From the NCBI GenBank assembly GCA_964016885.1, contig OZ024746.1, forward strand, positions 79,794,001 to 79,858,000: a DNA stretch of 64,000 nucleotides. Reading direction: 5' to 3'. The position numbers and the translations under genes were made by a program. The notes under the pieces were generated by a model that had not been told where the DNA came from, ran no database searches, and saw only the letters and a list, made by a program, of their open reading frames with translations. Source of the DNA: Eledone cirrhosa. Taxonomy: Eukaryota. Shown piece by piece: positions 15,479-28,430 of this stretch; position 1 is the stretch's first letter, and each line of letters starts with the position of its first letter.

Positions 15479-15754
15479 CAGGGTGTCCCCAAAAATGTAT
15501 TCACACTTTTATTAGAATGCTGTTGAAGTGTGTATATATTTTTGGGACACCCAGTATATAGTAAAAAAAGCAAATATACAGGGTGTCTCCAAAAATGTAT
15601 TCACACTTTTATTAGAATGCTGTTGAAGTGTGTATACATTTTTGGGACACCCAGTATATAGTAAAAAAAGCAAATATACAGGGTGTCTCCAAAAATGTAT
15701 TCACACTTTTATTAGAATAATGCTGAAGTGTGTACACATTTTTGGGACACCCTG
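15479..15754. mobile_element. Tandem trimer of a 76-bp Tc1/mariner-type MITE (100-bp period)
   Basis: Units start at 15479, 15579 and 15679. Each has TIRs CAGGGTGTC(C/T)CCAAAAA...TTTTTGGGACACCC(A/T)G flanked by TA. Confidence 0.85.
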
Positions 15755-16145
15755 TATATATGTGAAAAGGCGGAAATTGTTGATGTAATTGAGATGAACA
15801 GATTGGCATCATATGGTTGTCAGTTTGACAATATTAGTGATGGTGGAATTGTAGTCGTAGAGGTAATGGGAGTGTGATGATAGTGATGTTTATGATTTTA
15901 ATTATTTACGCAATTACGGGAGACAACTGTAGACATGTTTCAGTCGTATTAAGATCACCTCAGAGACACAAACTTTAAAATATACATATTTCTATGCTTA
16001 CCACATCCAACATACAACCAAAACTACGACACCATCGCTACGTACATACTATTACCATGATCGTCACCACCATTGCTATCACCGCCACTAACACAACCAC
16101 ATTATTAACACTAACGACAACACAAACATCAGTTACGTCCATTTA

Positions 16146-16268
16146 TGATCTGAGTTCAAATGCCGCCGAGGTTAACTTTGCCTTTCATCCTTACGGGGTC
16201 GATAAAATAAAGTACCAGTAATGTACTCCGTAATTGCTGGCCTTGTGCCTAAAATAGAAACAATTATT
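16146..16268 (+). mobile_element. 5'-truncated Meta-like SINE
   Basis: CTGAGTTCAAATGCCGCCGAGGTTAACTTTGCCTTTCATCC...AGAAACAATT. Confidence 0.85.
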
Positions 16269-16319
16269 AACACTAACGACAACACAAACATCATTACTGT
16301 AATCACCACCACAAATGTA

Positions 16320-17830
16320 CCAACACAACAATCAACACTACAACAACTACTACTACCACTATCACCACCACCACCACTACAACCTCTACTACTACCACCA
16401 CTACTACCACCACTACTACCACCACTACTACCACCACTACAACCACCACTACTTCCACCACTACTACCACCACTACTACCACCACTACAACCGCCGCTAC
16501 TACCACCGCTACTACCACCACTACTACCACCACTACTACCACCACTACAACCACCACTACTACCACCACTACTACCACCACTACTACCACCACTACAACC
16601 ACCACTACTACCACCACTACTACCACCACTACAACCACCACTATTACCACCACTATAACCACCACTACTACCACCACTACTACCACCACTACAACCATCA
16701 CTACTACCACCACTACAACCACCACTACAACCACCACTATTACCACCACTATAACCACCACTACTACCACCACTACTACCACCACTACTACCACCACCAC
16801 TGCCACCACTACTGCCACCACTACTACCACCACTACTACCATCACACTACCACCACTACTACCACCACTACTACCCCCACTACTACCACCACTACTACCA
16901 CCACTACTACCATCACACTACCACCACTACTACCACCACTACTACCCCCACTACTACCACCACTACTACCACCACTACTACCATCACACTCCCACCACTA
17001 CTACCACCACTACTACCCCCACTACTACCACCACTACTACCACCACTACTACCATCACACTCCCACCACTACTACCACCACTACTACCCCCACTACTACC
17101 ACCACTACTACCACCACTACTACCATCACACTACCACCACTACTACCACCACTACTACCCCCACTACTACTACCACCTCTACAACATATCACAAACAGCA
17201 AGCATATGAAAACATATTTCTTCCTTCATTATATTCTTATGCAACATTGATTCTTTGGAGTCGTTGACTTCAGTTGTCGACATCAACACCACCACCACCA
17301 CCACCACCACCACCACCACCACCACCACCACCATCACCACCACCATCACCATCACCACCATCACCACCACCATCAACACCACCATCACCACCACCAACAC
17401 CACCAACACCACCACCACCATCACCACCACCATCACCACCACCAACACCACCAACACCACCAACACCACCGCCACCATCACCACCACCACCATCACCACC
17501 ACCATCACCACCACCAACACCACCACCACCATCACCACCATCACTACCACCATCATCATCAACACCGCAACCACCATTACCACCACCATCATCATCAACA
17601 CCGCCACCATCACCACCATCACCGCCGCCACCACCGTCACCTCCACCACCATCACCGCCACCACCATCATCATCAACACCACCATCACCACCACTATCAT
17701 CAGCAACACCACCGCCATCACCACCATCACCGCCAGCATCATCACCACCACCACCATCATCATCACTGCCACCACCACCACCACTATAATCACTACTACA
17801 ACCAACTCCCCACCACTCCCACTGCCACAA
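16320..17830. repeat. (CCA)n/(CTA)n degenerate trinucleotide arrays
   Basis: Direct reading. Confidence 0.95.
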
Positions 17831-17956
17831 CTACTGTAGGCACCACACCCACGAACACTTCCATGACTACCGTACGTACTGCTGCTGCTACTGCTGCTGC
17901 TGTATTTACTGTGTTACGAGTAGTGCAGGTTGTATGGATGTTGCTGTTGTTGTTGT

Positions 17957-17957
<1 letters not shown>

Positions 17958-17987
<30 letters not shown>

Positions 17988-18068
17988 AAGAAGAAGAAGA
18001 AGAAGAAGAAGAAGAAGAAGAAGAAGAAGAAGAAGAAGAAGAAGAAGAAGAAGAAGAAGAAGAAAGAA

Positions 18069-18099
<31 letters not shown>

Positions 18100-18139
18100 A
18101 AAAAGAAAAGAAGAAGAAAAAGAAGAAGAAGAAGAAAAA

Positions 18140-18215
<76 letters not shown>

Positions 18216-18227
18216 AAGAAGAAGAAG

Positions 18228-18262
<35 letters not shown>
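17958..18262. repeat. Compound (AAG)n-(AAT)n-(AAG)n-(AAC)n microsatellite
   Basis: Direct reading. Confidence 0.97.
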
Positions 18263-18263
<1 letters not shown>

Positions 18264-19025
18264 ATGGTAATGATCCTCGCGACCATCACCTTATGATGAT
18301 GATGATGATGATGTTGTTGTTTTAACCCCAGGTCGGCCCTCATCAAGCAGTCCTATGGTACACAAGAATTTGTTGATACGACAACATGTCAAATACAGAT
18401 ATTTTTTCTCCTTTATTTAACCTGTGTCTCCGAGTTGCCGAGGACAATTCTGCACACTCCAGAATGCAACGATTAATCATATAATATGCAATATGACATT
18501 ACGAAGCGTATGTCCTCTCTACATTCTCTGCTCTATACTACTCTACCACAGATACTGCACTCTAAAGAATGTAGTCGAACACTTTGAAGAAAATGCACTT
18601 TCATAACTATCCAGTGTATTTGTGCATGTCAACAGATACTGCATATTCCAACATGCAACGATGCATTGTATAATAGTTTAAACACATTGCACTGTCTCTG
18701 TTGCGCAGTGTGTTTCTGTATTTTCACAGATGCACACTACAACATGCAGCGTTGAATAATATGTAGTGCAGTGCGACAGTCTGTAGATATTGCATTACCT
18801 TTATTATGTAGTGTATTTCTGTACTCTTGCAAATACTGCACGCTCCATCATGCAGTTATCAATGGAATTGAGTGCAAGATGACAATCTAGACTTATTGCA
18901 CACTCTCTGTATAATCTATACATCTGTATATAATCTATACATAGTGCATCGTCCGAAATACAGATAAATCAAATAAGGTATGGTGAAGGACAGAACAAAG
19001 GAGAGACACATAAAATAAAAATTCA

Positions 19026-19068
19026 GTCACTGAGGAGGTCACAGAATGTGTGACGAAAGAGCTTTGAC
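19026..19068 (+). ncRNA. Minimal type I hammerhead ribozyme (family F)
   Basis: GUCA-CUGAGGA-g-GUCACA/gaaug/UGUGAC-GAAA-GAGC-UU-UGAC. Stem I is GUCA/UGAC, stem II is 6 bp and the core is intact. Confidence 0.75.
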
Positions 19069-19254
19069 AATATATAATCAACCATCCGGTTATCGAAATA
19101 ACCAACCTCCCAACCGGAAATTGATAATAAGTGAAAACCAGCTTGTGCGTAGGTTTTTATTGAGAACATGTCCCTCCCAAATTATAACAATATATGTTTC
19201 AACACACATTTTCTGATAAGTAATCTTGTAAAACAAATTCAAGAACGAGGTGTA
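19026..19254 (+). mobile_element. HHR-bearing PLE/retrozyme-like element, family F
   Basis: The HHR is followed by GTGAAAACCAGCTTGTGCGT...AACATGTCCCTCCCAAATTATAAC, which aligns with the fold-back at 40545-40768. It ends in (TA)n. Confidence 0.6.
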
Positions 19255-19255
19255 T

Positions 19256-19294
<39 letters not shown>

Positions 19295-19326
19295 GGTTGT
19301 GTATGTGTGAAGATGTATATATGTAT

Positions 19327-19427
<101 letters not shown>

Positions 19428-19440
19428 TATAGATATATAT

Positions 19441-19640
19441 AGAAAAATGTATGACCCCGACAGCAGAGCTCAAGCCGTTTCGACAGCTATTTCTATTTCT
19501 ATTAGTCCAGAAATAGCCGTCGAAACGACTTGAGCTCAGCCGTCGGGGTCATACATTTTCCTATTACCCACTCTACTACCCTAAGTAATGAGTACTGTGG
19601 TGTGTTATGCTCCATCTGGTTCCTTACTACAACTCCTTCG

Positions 19641-19641
<1 letters not shown>
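19441..19641 (+). mobile_element. (TA)n-embedded fold-back element, family C
   Basis: Inverted 5' duplication (~19441-19560) and a 3' end CCTTCGT|TATA shared with four other copies. Confidence 0.8.
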
Positions 19642-20134
<493 letters not shown>

Positions 20135-20135
20135 T

Positions 20136-20265
20136 CCTGAGGTATATGATTTTTAATGCGATGAAATATCAATGATGGTTGGCAAATCACTGACGAAGGA
20201 CTAATTTTATCATATGTAACCCATGTGCAACCACGCAGTATTCTTCTTTCTCCTCATGTTTTTTT
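20136..20265 (+). mobile_element. (TA)n-associated element family A, fragment
   Basis: Reverse complement of 26378-26497; contains ATCACTGACGAAGGAC. Confidence 0.75.
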
Positions 20266-20839
20266 ATATATATATATGTATATATGTATATGCACGCACA
20301 TATACGTATATATATGCGCGCGCGTGTGTGTGTGTGTGTATGTGTGTGTGTGCCTATGTGTGTGCGTGTGGCGGGGGGGGTGTCTGAGTGTGAATTTACG
20401 CTTAGATAGATAGATAGATACATATTGTATTTTTTCCCGTCAGACTTTAATGCTGTGAAAGCGTATATTTGAAACATATACAGTTGTAAGTTGGGATGTC
20501 ATTCTGCCAATAACACGTGCATCGGTTGTAGTTCATGTTTTACTTTTAATTAAATGATTAATTAATTGGTTTGTGAAAAGTCTTTGGCATTACGAACGTA
20601 TTCGGATGTTCAATGTTCTCTACCATAAACAATCATAGCAACGCCATTGCAATTAGAATTTCACACAGACATGGGATCGTGACAACAAACACAGCTACTT
20701 AAATACACATATCAATACAGAATAAAGCCCACACAAAAAATAATGATTATTATAAAGAAGAGGCAGATGTGGAGTAAATGGTGGAATATTTTTGTCAAAG
20801 CAATCAATAGATTAATTAATTAATCCCCCTACCACACCC

Positions 20840-20902
<63 letters not shown>

Positions 20903-20983
20903 GTGTGCATGTTTGAGTGTATGTTGAGTTTGTGTAGGTATGCGTGCAACCCCTCTTTCTTTCTGCCTCCTCTCTCTCTAAAT

Positions 20984-21015
<32 letters not shown>

Positions 21016-21039
21016 ATATCTACAGTAAGTGTATACATG

Positions 21040-21130
<91 letters not shown>

Positions 21131-21212
21131 TTATATATATATGTATGTATACATGTATATACACACATACACATATACACATATACATATGGTTGTGTGT
21201 GTATGTCCATGC

Positions 21213-21287
<75 letters not shown>

Positions 21288-21309
21288 CACACACACATAT
21301 ACACACACA

Positions 21310-21361
<52 letters not shown>

Positions 21362-21789
21362 CACACACACACACACTCATGAAGTCATATGATTGCAAAT
21401 ATATATATGTGTGTAAGTCATTTATTTGCTCATTACATGTGGCTGCAGGTAAACATTGCACGAGCAACACGTAAACGTATTCAATTCCATATCACAACCT
21501 ATTAGCGTAGTTAGCGTTCATGCTTACCTATTGTATATCTCAAGACTTTGACACGTTCCACAGAGTTGTAACCTCATAGTTGGAAAAGTGTTTTAACACT
21601 TAATTCTAGGCAACTAAGCTACTCCTGTAGTATTCCAATACACAGACACACACGCACATATGGGGAGGGTCATATCGTTTTACCACTGATGACGTTACAG
21701 GTGTGTGATAAAAGAACTTTGATAAACTATACATATATATATATTTACACACACACACACATACACACACCTATATATATATATATAAT

Positions 21790-22070
21790 ATAAGATCAAA
21801 AGATGGTTAAAAGAGTTTCATGTATTTTATTATGCGCATTTCAAAAACAAATATCATCGTGAGATGACATTTGTGTTTTCGTCAGATAAAATAGGGAGAC
21901 ATGATATGAAGGTTAAAAAACACTTGTGAATAGTGCAGTTTTAAATCAACATATGGAACTCTTTTAACCATCTTTTGATCTTATATTATTTATACTCCAG
22001 TCCTACAAACTGTAGAGTGCTACTTATCCGATATCTGCATTGCTTTATTGTAATAATAAAACTCACCTCC

Positions 22071-22073
<3 letters not shown>
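21790..22073 (-). mobile_element. HHR-bearing element, family B, second copy
   Basis: Reverse-complement homolog of 19713-20001 with essentially the same internal inversion junction; flanked by (TA)n. Confidence 0.85.
21823..21893 (-). ncRNA. Type I hammerhead ribozyme (family B)
   Basis: UAUUUUAU-CUGACGA-AAACACAAAUGUCAUC/ucac/GAUGAUAUUUGUUUUU-GAAA-UGCGCA-UA-AUAAAAUA, with an 8-bp stem I. Confidence 0.87.
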
Positions 22074-22116
<43 letters not shown>

Positions 22117-22380
22117 TCATATATATTTTTATATATTTTTATATTTTTATATTTTTATATTTGCATGACCCGAATTACTTGATCGTTTTTTCGCTGTGCG
22201 GATGATTAGTTTAACCACCATCTCAGTGTGTTTGGCCTTTAACGTATGTTGTAGCTCTAATTCATATGAATTATCGAGCGCTTGCCAAACAACTCGGAAG
22301 TGTTTTTCGTTAATTCCTGAGCTGAAATTCGATACTCGCTAATTTATACTTATATATATATATATATATTTATTTATATA

Positions 22381-22635
22381 GGCGGCGAATTGACAGAGTC
22401 GTTAGAACGTCGGATAGAATGCATTATGATATTCGTTGCGGCTCTCTGAGATCAAATCCTTTCGAGGTAGATAAAAAGAATCAGTCTAGCACTGGGGTCG
22501 ATTCTTCCCCTCTCCAGAAGAAATCTGCTGTACTCAGGCCTGGAAAGGGGTGGGCCCGACTAGGCTTAAAATGGCCAAGAAACGCTTCATGTTAATAAGG
22601 CGTCCCTACGACTCTATCAGGAGTTACAGGACCAT
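22381..22635 (+). mobile_element. Diverged tRNA-derived SINE with a different 3' tail
   Basis: GGCGGCGAATTGACAGAGTCGTTAGAACG head. The tail (...CCCTACGACTCTATCAGGAGTTAC) recurs at ~63300-63390. Confidence 0.55.
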
Positions 22636-22698
22636 ACCATATAAAGTACCAGTAATGCACTGGGTATTTGCTGGCCTTGTGCCAAACGTAGAAACAAT

Positions 22699-22739
<41 letters not shown>

Positions 22740-22753
22740 GTTTTATATATACT

Positions 22754-22885
22754 TTATTTTATCGACCCCCGTAAGGATGAAAGGCAAAGTTAACCTCGGC
22801 GGGATTTGAATTCAGAATGGGAAGGGCCATAACTCTATACGTCAAAGCATGGCGTCCGACCCTCTACCGATACTGCCAATCCACC
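22754..22885 (-). mobile_element. Meta-like SINE (head and body)
   Basis: Family match; the tail fragment lies inverted at 22643-22700. Confidence 0.85.
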
Positions 22886-23025
22886 ATAATATTCGCTATA
22901 TAGGGATGCAATTCACTTTTGGCATTCAACGCCATATTCCTAAGAACAGGGATGACGGAGTATATTAATAAAGATGAAAATGCGAAGTTGAAGATGTTAG
23001 AGTCCTCTATTAGGACTCTAACATC

Positions 23026-23134
<109 letters not shown>

Positions 23135-23135
23135 G

Positions 23136-23221
<86 letters not shown>

Positions 23222-23526
23222 AATATATATATATATGTATATATAGAAATATATATATATATATATATATAAATATATATATATAAACGGACACTGTTTA
23301 ATTTTAACTTATTTACAGTCGGTATCGCTTTTCCTTCCAATACGTCAGAAGATATAAGGGTAAATATTTATAATCTCTGGAAGAGATGTATGTAAGACGA
23401 TACATGTCAACACGGAAGACATACAGTATGGAGGAAGCAGAAGAGAATTGGTAAATGAATAGAATACGTTTGGATTTGATTTGCAAACACGAGGAAAACT
23501 TTCGAGGTATATATTAAACTATTAAG

Positions 23527-23705
23527 ATTGGCAGTATCGGTAGAGGGTCGGACACTATGCTTTGACGTATAGAGTTACGCCCCTTGCCATTCTGAGTTCA
23601 AATCGCACCAAGGTTAACTTTGCTTTCATCCTTACGAGGTCGATAAAATAAAGTACTAGTAATGTACTGGGTTTGCTGGCCTTGTGCCAAACGTAGAAAC
23701 AATTA
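23527..23705 (+). mobile_element. Meta-like SINE
   Basis: ATTGGCAGTATCGGTAGAGGGTCGGAC...GTAGAAACAATT. Confidence 0.9.
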
Positions 23706-24074
23706 AGATGACTATAGTGTATTACGCTGTATTTCCCGAGCACCTGCTGATCCAACAGCTAAATACATTATTTCAGGACACAGTATATATATATATATGC
23801 GAATTTTTAAAAATTTATCTTAAAACTTTTTCTCTATTTGCTAGACCTTGATTTTATATATATATATATATAGCAAATGTTACGAGTGTAGGCTATTTTC
23901 ACTATCTGTTTGAACCAGGTGGACCTGGTTCCTTACCACACTTCCTTCGTTATATATATATATATATATATATATAGTGCTAGAACACTGGAGGGTAATA
24001 TCCGTAGTGGTAGAGCACTCAGTCCATGGGACGAGTTAGGTAGAAGTGGTTACACAACAGTTCGCTCACCATAC

Positions 24075-24112
24075 CGAGAAAAATTGTTTCACCTGAGCGG
24101 ATCCTCAGCTCG
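24075..24112 (-). ncRNA. Minimal type I hammerhead ribozyme abutting (TA)n
   Basis: CGAG-CUGAGGA-uCC/gcuca/GGu-GAAA-CAAUUU-UU-CUCG. Stem I is CGAG/CUCG; stem II is short. Confidence 0.6.
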
Positions 24113-24213
24113 TATATATATATATATAATTGGTGTGGGATGCTTAAAGCGTCCGTATGCGGTAGGCCGTTTGAGCACTCGTGCCTTTACACAGCAGAGT
24201 ATAATATCCCGTG

Positions 24214-24272
<59 letters not shown>

Positions 24273-24341
24273 GTGTGTGTGTGTGTGTGTGTTTTCAGTT
24301 TCATACAATCCTATTTTCTTTCCTATTATTTGTTCATTGAA

Positions 24342-24791
24342 GGGTGGTGGTTTGGCAATATCGGTAAAGGGTCGGACACTATCTATGCTTTGCAGCATAG
24401 AGTTACGGCCCATTATGATCTGAGTTCAAATCCTGTCGAGGTTAACTTTACAAGATCGATAAAATAAACCACCAGTAATGCACTGGGGTTGATTAATCGA
24501 TTTTTCCCGTCCCCCAAAATCGCTGGCCTTGTGCCTAAAATAGAAACAATTATTTGCTCACTGGGGCGGTGGATTAGCAGTATTGGTAGAGCGCGGGTCA
24601 CTAGGCTTTGCTGCATAGAGTTACGCCCCTTTACGGTCTGAGTTCAAATCCCGCCGCGGCTGGCTTCGCCTTTTATCATCCTTACGGGGGCGATAAAATA
24701 AAGCACCAGTAATGCGCTGGTGTCGATTTAATAGACTGTCCCTGCCCCTTCAAAAATTGCTGACCTTGTGCCTAAAGTAGAAACAATTATT
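24342..24791 (+). mobile_element. Two adjacent head-to-tail Meta-like SINEs (24342-24553, 24564-24791)
   Basis: Two full head-body-tail matches. Confidence 0.88.
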
Positions 24792-24964
24792 TGTTTCCAT
24801 TTAATGACTGGCCGTATATTGTTTTACTATAAATACCTTGTCTTAGCTTTTAGAAATCAATTACGCGGACAGCGATATTCACGAAACTCCTACGTAGTAG
24901 TAGCAGTAGTAATAATATGTATGTATTACACATACATATAGGTATATATATATATATACGTACG

Positions 24965-25062
<98 letters not shown>

Positions 25063-25301
25063 TATGTGTTGAACAAAAGGGCAACGGTGGTTGCTAAACA
25101 CTGTACGGCTTAATTCGGGATGTTTGTTTACAAGCAAACCGAGCATTATAATAAATGTTCCGTAAATCCATACGTACATATATATATGTGTGCATGTATG
25201 TATATATATAGATACTACTGTACGTCTGTATACATATATGATACTTATATTTAAGTAACAGCCGTACTAAGAGTCAGAAATGAAATTTCGTTTCATTTTT
25301 T

Positions 25302-25359
<58 letters not shown>

Positions 25360-25511
25360 AAATGCTCTGAAATAGCGATATATATGTGAAGATAGACATA
25401 GAATATTCGAAAATATTCTGTATGTTTATAATAAACATTTTGAAGACCTAATCGCTATAGAATAGAATACGTCACGTATTACAATTAGATTCTCGATAAA
25501 AGCAAGGGAAG

Positions 25512-25552
25512 TAACCTACGCGTTTCATTATTATTAGAAATCTTCAGGATTA
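25512..25552 (-). ncRNA. Minimal type I hammerhead ribozyme (weakened stem II)
   Basis: UAAUC-CUGAAGA-uuucuaauaauaau-GAAA-CGCG-UA-GGUUA. Confidence 0.65.
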
Positions 25553-25768
25553 CATATCCAGTGCTTTTATCGAGAATGACACAGCTAGAGACTTATAGAA
25601 TACTTAGCTGTGTACAGGAACTGGTTTGAAAGAGCGGTTGCCGGTCTGGCAGAAATTAGAAATTGGATTAAATGCTCTGAAATAGCGATATATATGTGAA
25701 GATAGACATAGAATATTCGAAAATATAAGTCTCTAGCTGTGTCATTCTCGATAAAAGCACTGGATATG

Positions 25769-25809
25769 TAATCCTGAAGATTTCTAATAAGAATGAAACG
25801 CGTAGGTTA
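25769..25809 (+). ncRNA. Minimal type I hammerhead ribozyme
   Basis: UAAUC-CUGAAGA-uUUCU/aaua/AGAAu-GAAA-CGCG-UA-GGUUA. The palindromic ACGCGU stem III is typical of PLE minimal HHRs. Confidence 0.78.
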
Positions 25810-25940
25810 CTTCCCTTGCTTTTATCGAGAATCTAATTGTAATACGTGACGTATTCTATTCTATAGCGATTAGGTCTTCAAAATGTTTATTATAAACATA
25901 CAGAATATTTTCGAATATTCTATGTCTATCATATATATAT

Positions 25941-26044
<104 letters not shown>

Positions 26045-26052
26045 TTATTTAT

Positions 26053-26280
26053 ATTTATTTATTAAAATAACAGATTAAAGTTTAAGCAAAGAATCGCTGC
26101 TTTCACCCTTAACGGGATCTTTTGAAAATCCCGTTAAGGGTGAAAGCAGCGATTCTTTGCTTAAACTTTAATCTGTTATTTTAATAAATATTTGCTCTAC
26201 GGTTCTTATATATTTGATATATATTTATCCTTATCGAGCACTCTTTGGATTTTAGTCTTCAAATTTATTATTATTACTAT
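26053..26280. mobile_element. (TA)n-embedded fold-back element, family E
   Basis: ~65-bp inverted arms around 26119-26127. The distal part (26205-26280) recurs inverted at 56580-56652. Confidence 0.7.
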
Positions 26281-26334
26281 ATATATATATTATTACTTAC
26301 TATATATATATATATATGTATATATATGTATATA

Positions 26335-26377
<43 letters not shown>

Positions 26378-26382
<5 letters not shown>

Positions 26383-26916
26383 CATGAGAAGAAAGAAGAA
26401 TACTGCGTGGTTGCACATGGGTTACATATGATAAAGATAGTCCTTCGTCAGTGATTTTCCAACCATCATTGGTATTACATCGCATTAAAAATCATATAGG
26501 TTGGTGCGAGCAATAACTAAAAAAAGTTATTGGGACCAGTAAATCGCGTAAAGCGAGGGGGACAAGTAAACAACATAGAAGGGTAAAAGCAAAGCAAAGA
26601 TAGGAAAATAACAAGCAACATGGTTGTCCGGTCAGCATAAGCTGGGTGGATTTCATGAGCGAGAGAAGTACAGACCGTCCGTCGTGAGTGAGATGTGAGC
26701 AAGAAGAGACCCACTGTAAGCCAAACGGGAGGAAGTGAGAAGGGGAGAAACAGAGAGTGAGTGAGTGGAAGTGCGAGGAAGAAGTCAGTCGAGAGGAAGT
26801 GTAACTGACAGAGGAGGCGAAAGTAGGTGAGAGAAACAGAGAGAACGGGGAAGCAGTAAGAGAGAAACAGACAAACGCAGCCGAGGTAAATATATATAAA
26901 AAATACTGCGTGGTTG

Positions 26917-26920
<4 letters not shown>
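26378..26920 (-). mobile_element. Family A element with terminal direct repeat (period 503) in (TA)n
   Basis: AATACTGCGTGGTTGCACA at 26399-26417 and 26902-26920. Confidence 0.7.
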
Positions 26921-26965
<45 letters not shown>

Positions 26966-27337
26966 TTATGTGTGTATGTATGTGTGTGCGTATGTGTGTG
27001 TACTTGTGTGTTTTTATGTGGACATATATATATTCAGCATTCAGGATTATCTTTCCTACTCTTGGCTTTTCCACATCCCCCCCCCACTTTCCTTTAATCA
27101 TTTTGCTACACATCTTGCTCTCTCCTTCAAACGACAGCCATTCTATTCTTTCCCTATCTCTCTCTCTCTATCTCTCTCTCCCCCTCTCTCTCTTTCTCCT
27201 TCCTCGAACCCCTCTCTCTCACATGCTCTCATTCATTTTCACCTTCACACAAATTCTCTCTCCTATCTCTCACCGTTCTGTCTGAGTTTTTCCTTTATGT
27301 ACCTCTTCTTTTGTTTTCTCCCTCCTTCTGTCTTTGT

Positions 27338-27369
<32 letters not shown>

Positions 27370-27479
27370 TCTCTCTATCTATTTTTTTTTACTTTTTCTT
27401 TCCTTTCATTCCCACATCCCCTTCTCACCGCCTATTACTATTTCCGCTACTATTGACATCTCCGACATATTGTTTTCTC

Positions 27480-27720
27480 CTATACAATATTTGACCAAAC
27501 CATTTCTCATGTATTGCACAGAATATCAAAAGCTCGTTACTAAATTTGTCTTTATTTGTCCAAACTGTTTGCACGTCTTCAGCTATATCGACCAACGACC
27601 AAGCAATCTCATTATTCATAGCCTTGCCTTCGTACTCTCGCCTGTATTTCCAGTAATAGACTTTCGCATAGTCAAACACTTTTCTACAAATATGATAATC
27701 CCTATGTCCATGAAAGTCTT
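27480..27720 (-). pseudogene. Possible highly decayed LINE reverse transcriptase fragment
   Basis: VFDYAKVY...SLVDIAEDVQTVWTNKDKFSNELLIFCAIHE loosely follows the RT D..KAFD to GVHQG spacing; weak. Confidence 0.2.
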
Positions 27721-27776
27721 TTTACATATGTTCACTGTTAGTTTGTTTAGCTTCGGTTATTTATTATTACTACGAC

Positions 27777-27850
<74 letters not shown>

Positions 27851-28162
27851 GTGCTTCGTGTGTTTTTCTTTATTATTTTTCCATTTTGGTTGTATAAAAA
27901 CGTTGGCTAAATTCAATAGATGTGCACATAAAAGAGATTGCATACATCTTTCCAACCCCTCTCAGCCTTCACCGATCTTGTCCAACCACTACTCCACCCA
28001 AGCCCACTCTCACCCAACGAACCAACAATATTTGATCACTTATCTGTTTGCTTTAAAATGCTTGTTAATATATGTTTGTTTAGGAAATTAAGTTAATATT
28101 TTCCTTCCATTCATGGCGATCATAGATCCTATCATGGCTCATGGTCGTTAACGGGTATGTAT

Positions 28163-28258
<96 letters not shown>

Positions 28259-28380
28259 TTATTTATATTTGTGTGTGTGTGTATACGTACATATATATAC
28301 AGACTTGTATATATGTATATGTATATGCATAACCAAAGGTATCAACTCAAATATGTAAATATATGTATGTATATATACAT

Positions 28381-28430
<50 letters not shown>

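Larger units (their letters stand above)
25353..25930 (-). mobile_element. 310-nt-period HHR element with terminal direct repeat plus inverted copy, in (TA)n
   Basis: Direct repeat at 25353 and 25663 (period 310). 25724-25930 is the reverse complement of ~25389-25597. HHRs at 25512-25552 (-) and 25769-25809 (+). Confidence 0.88.
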
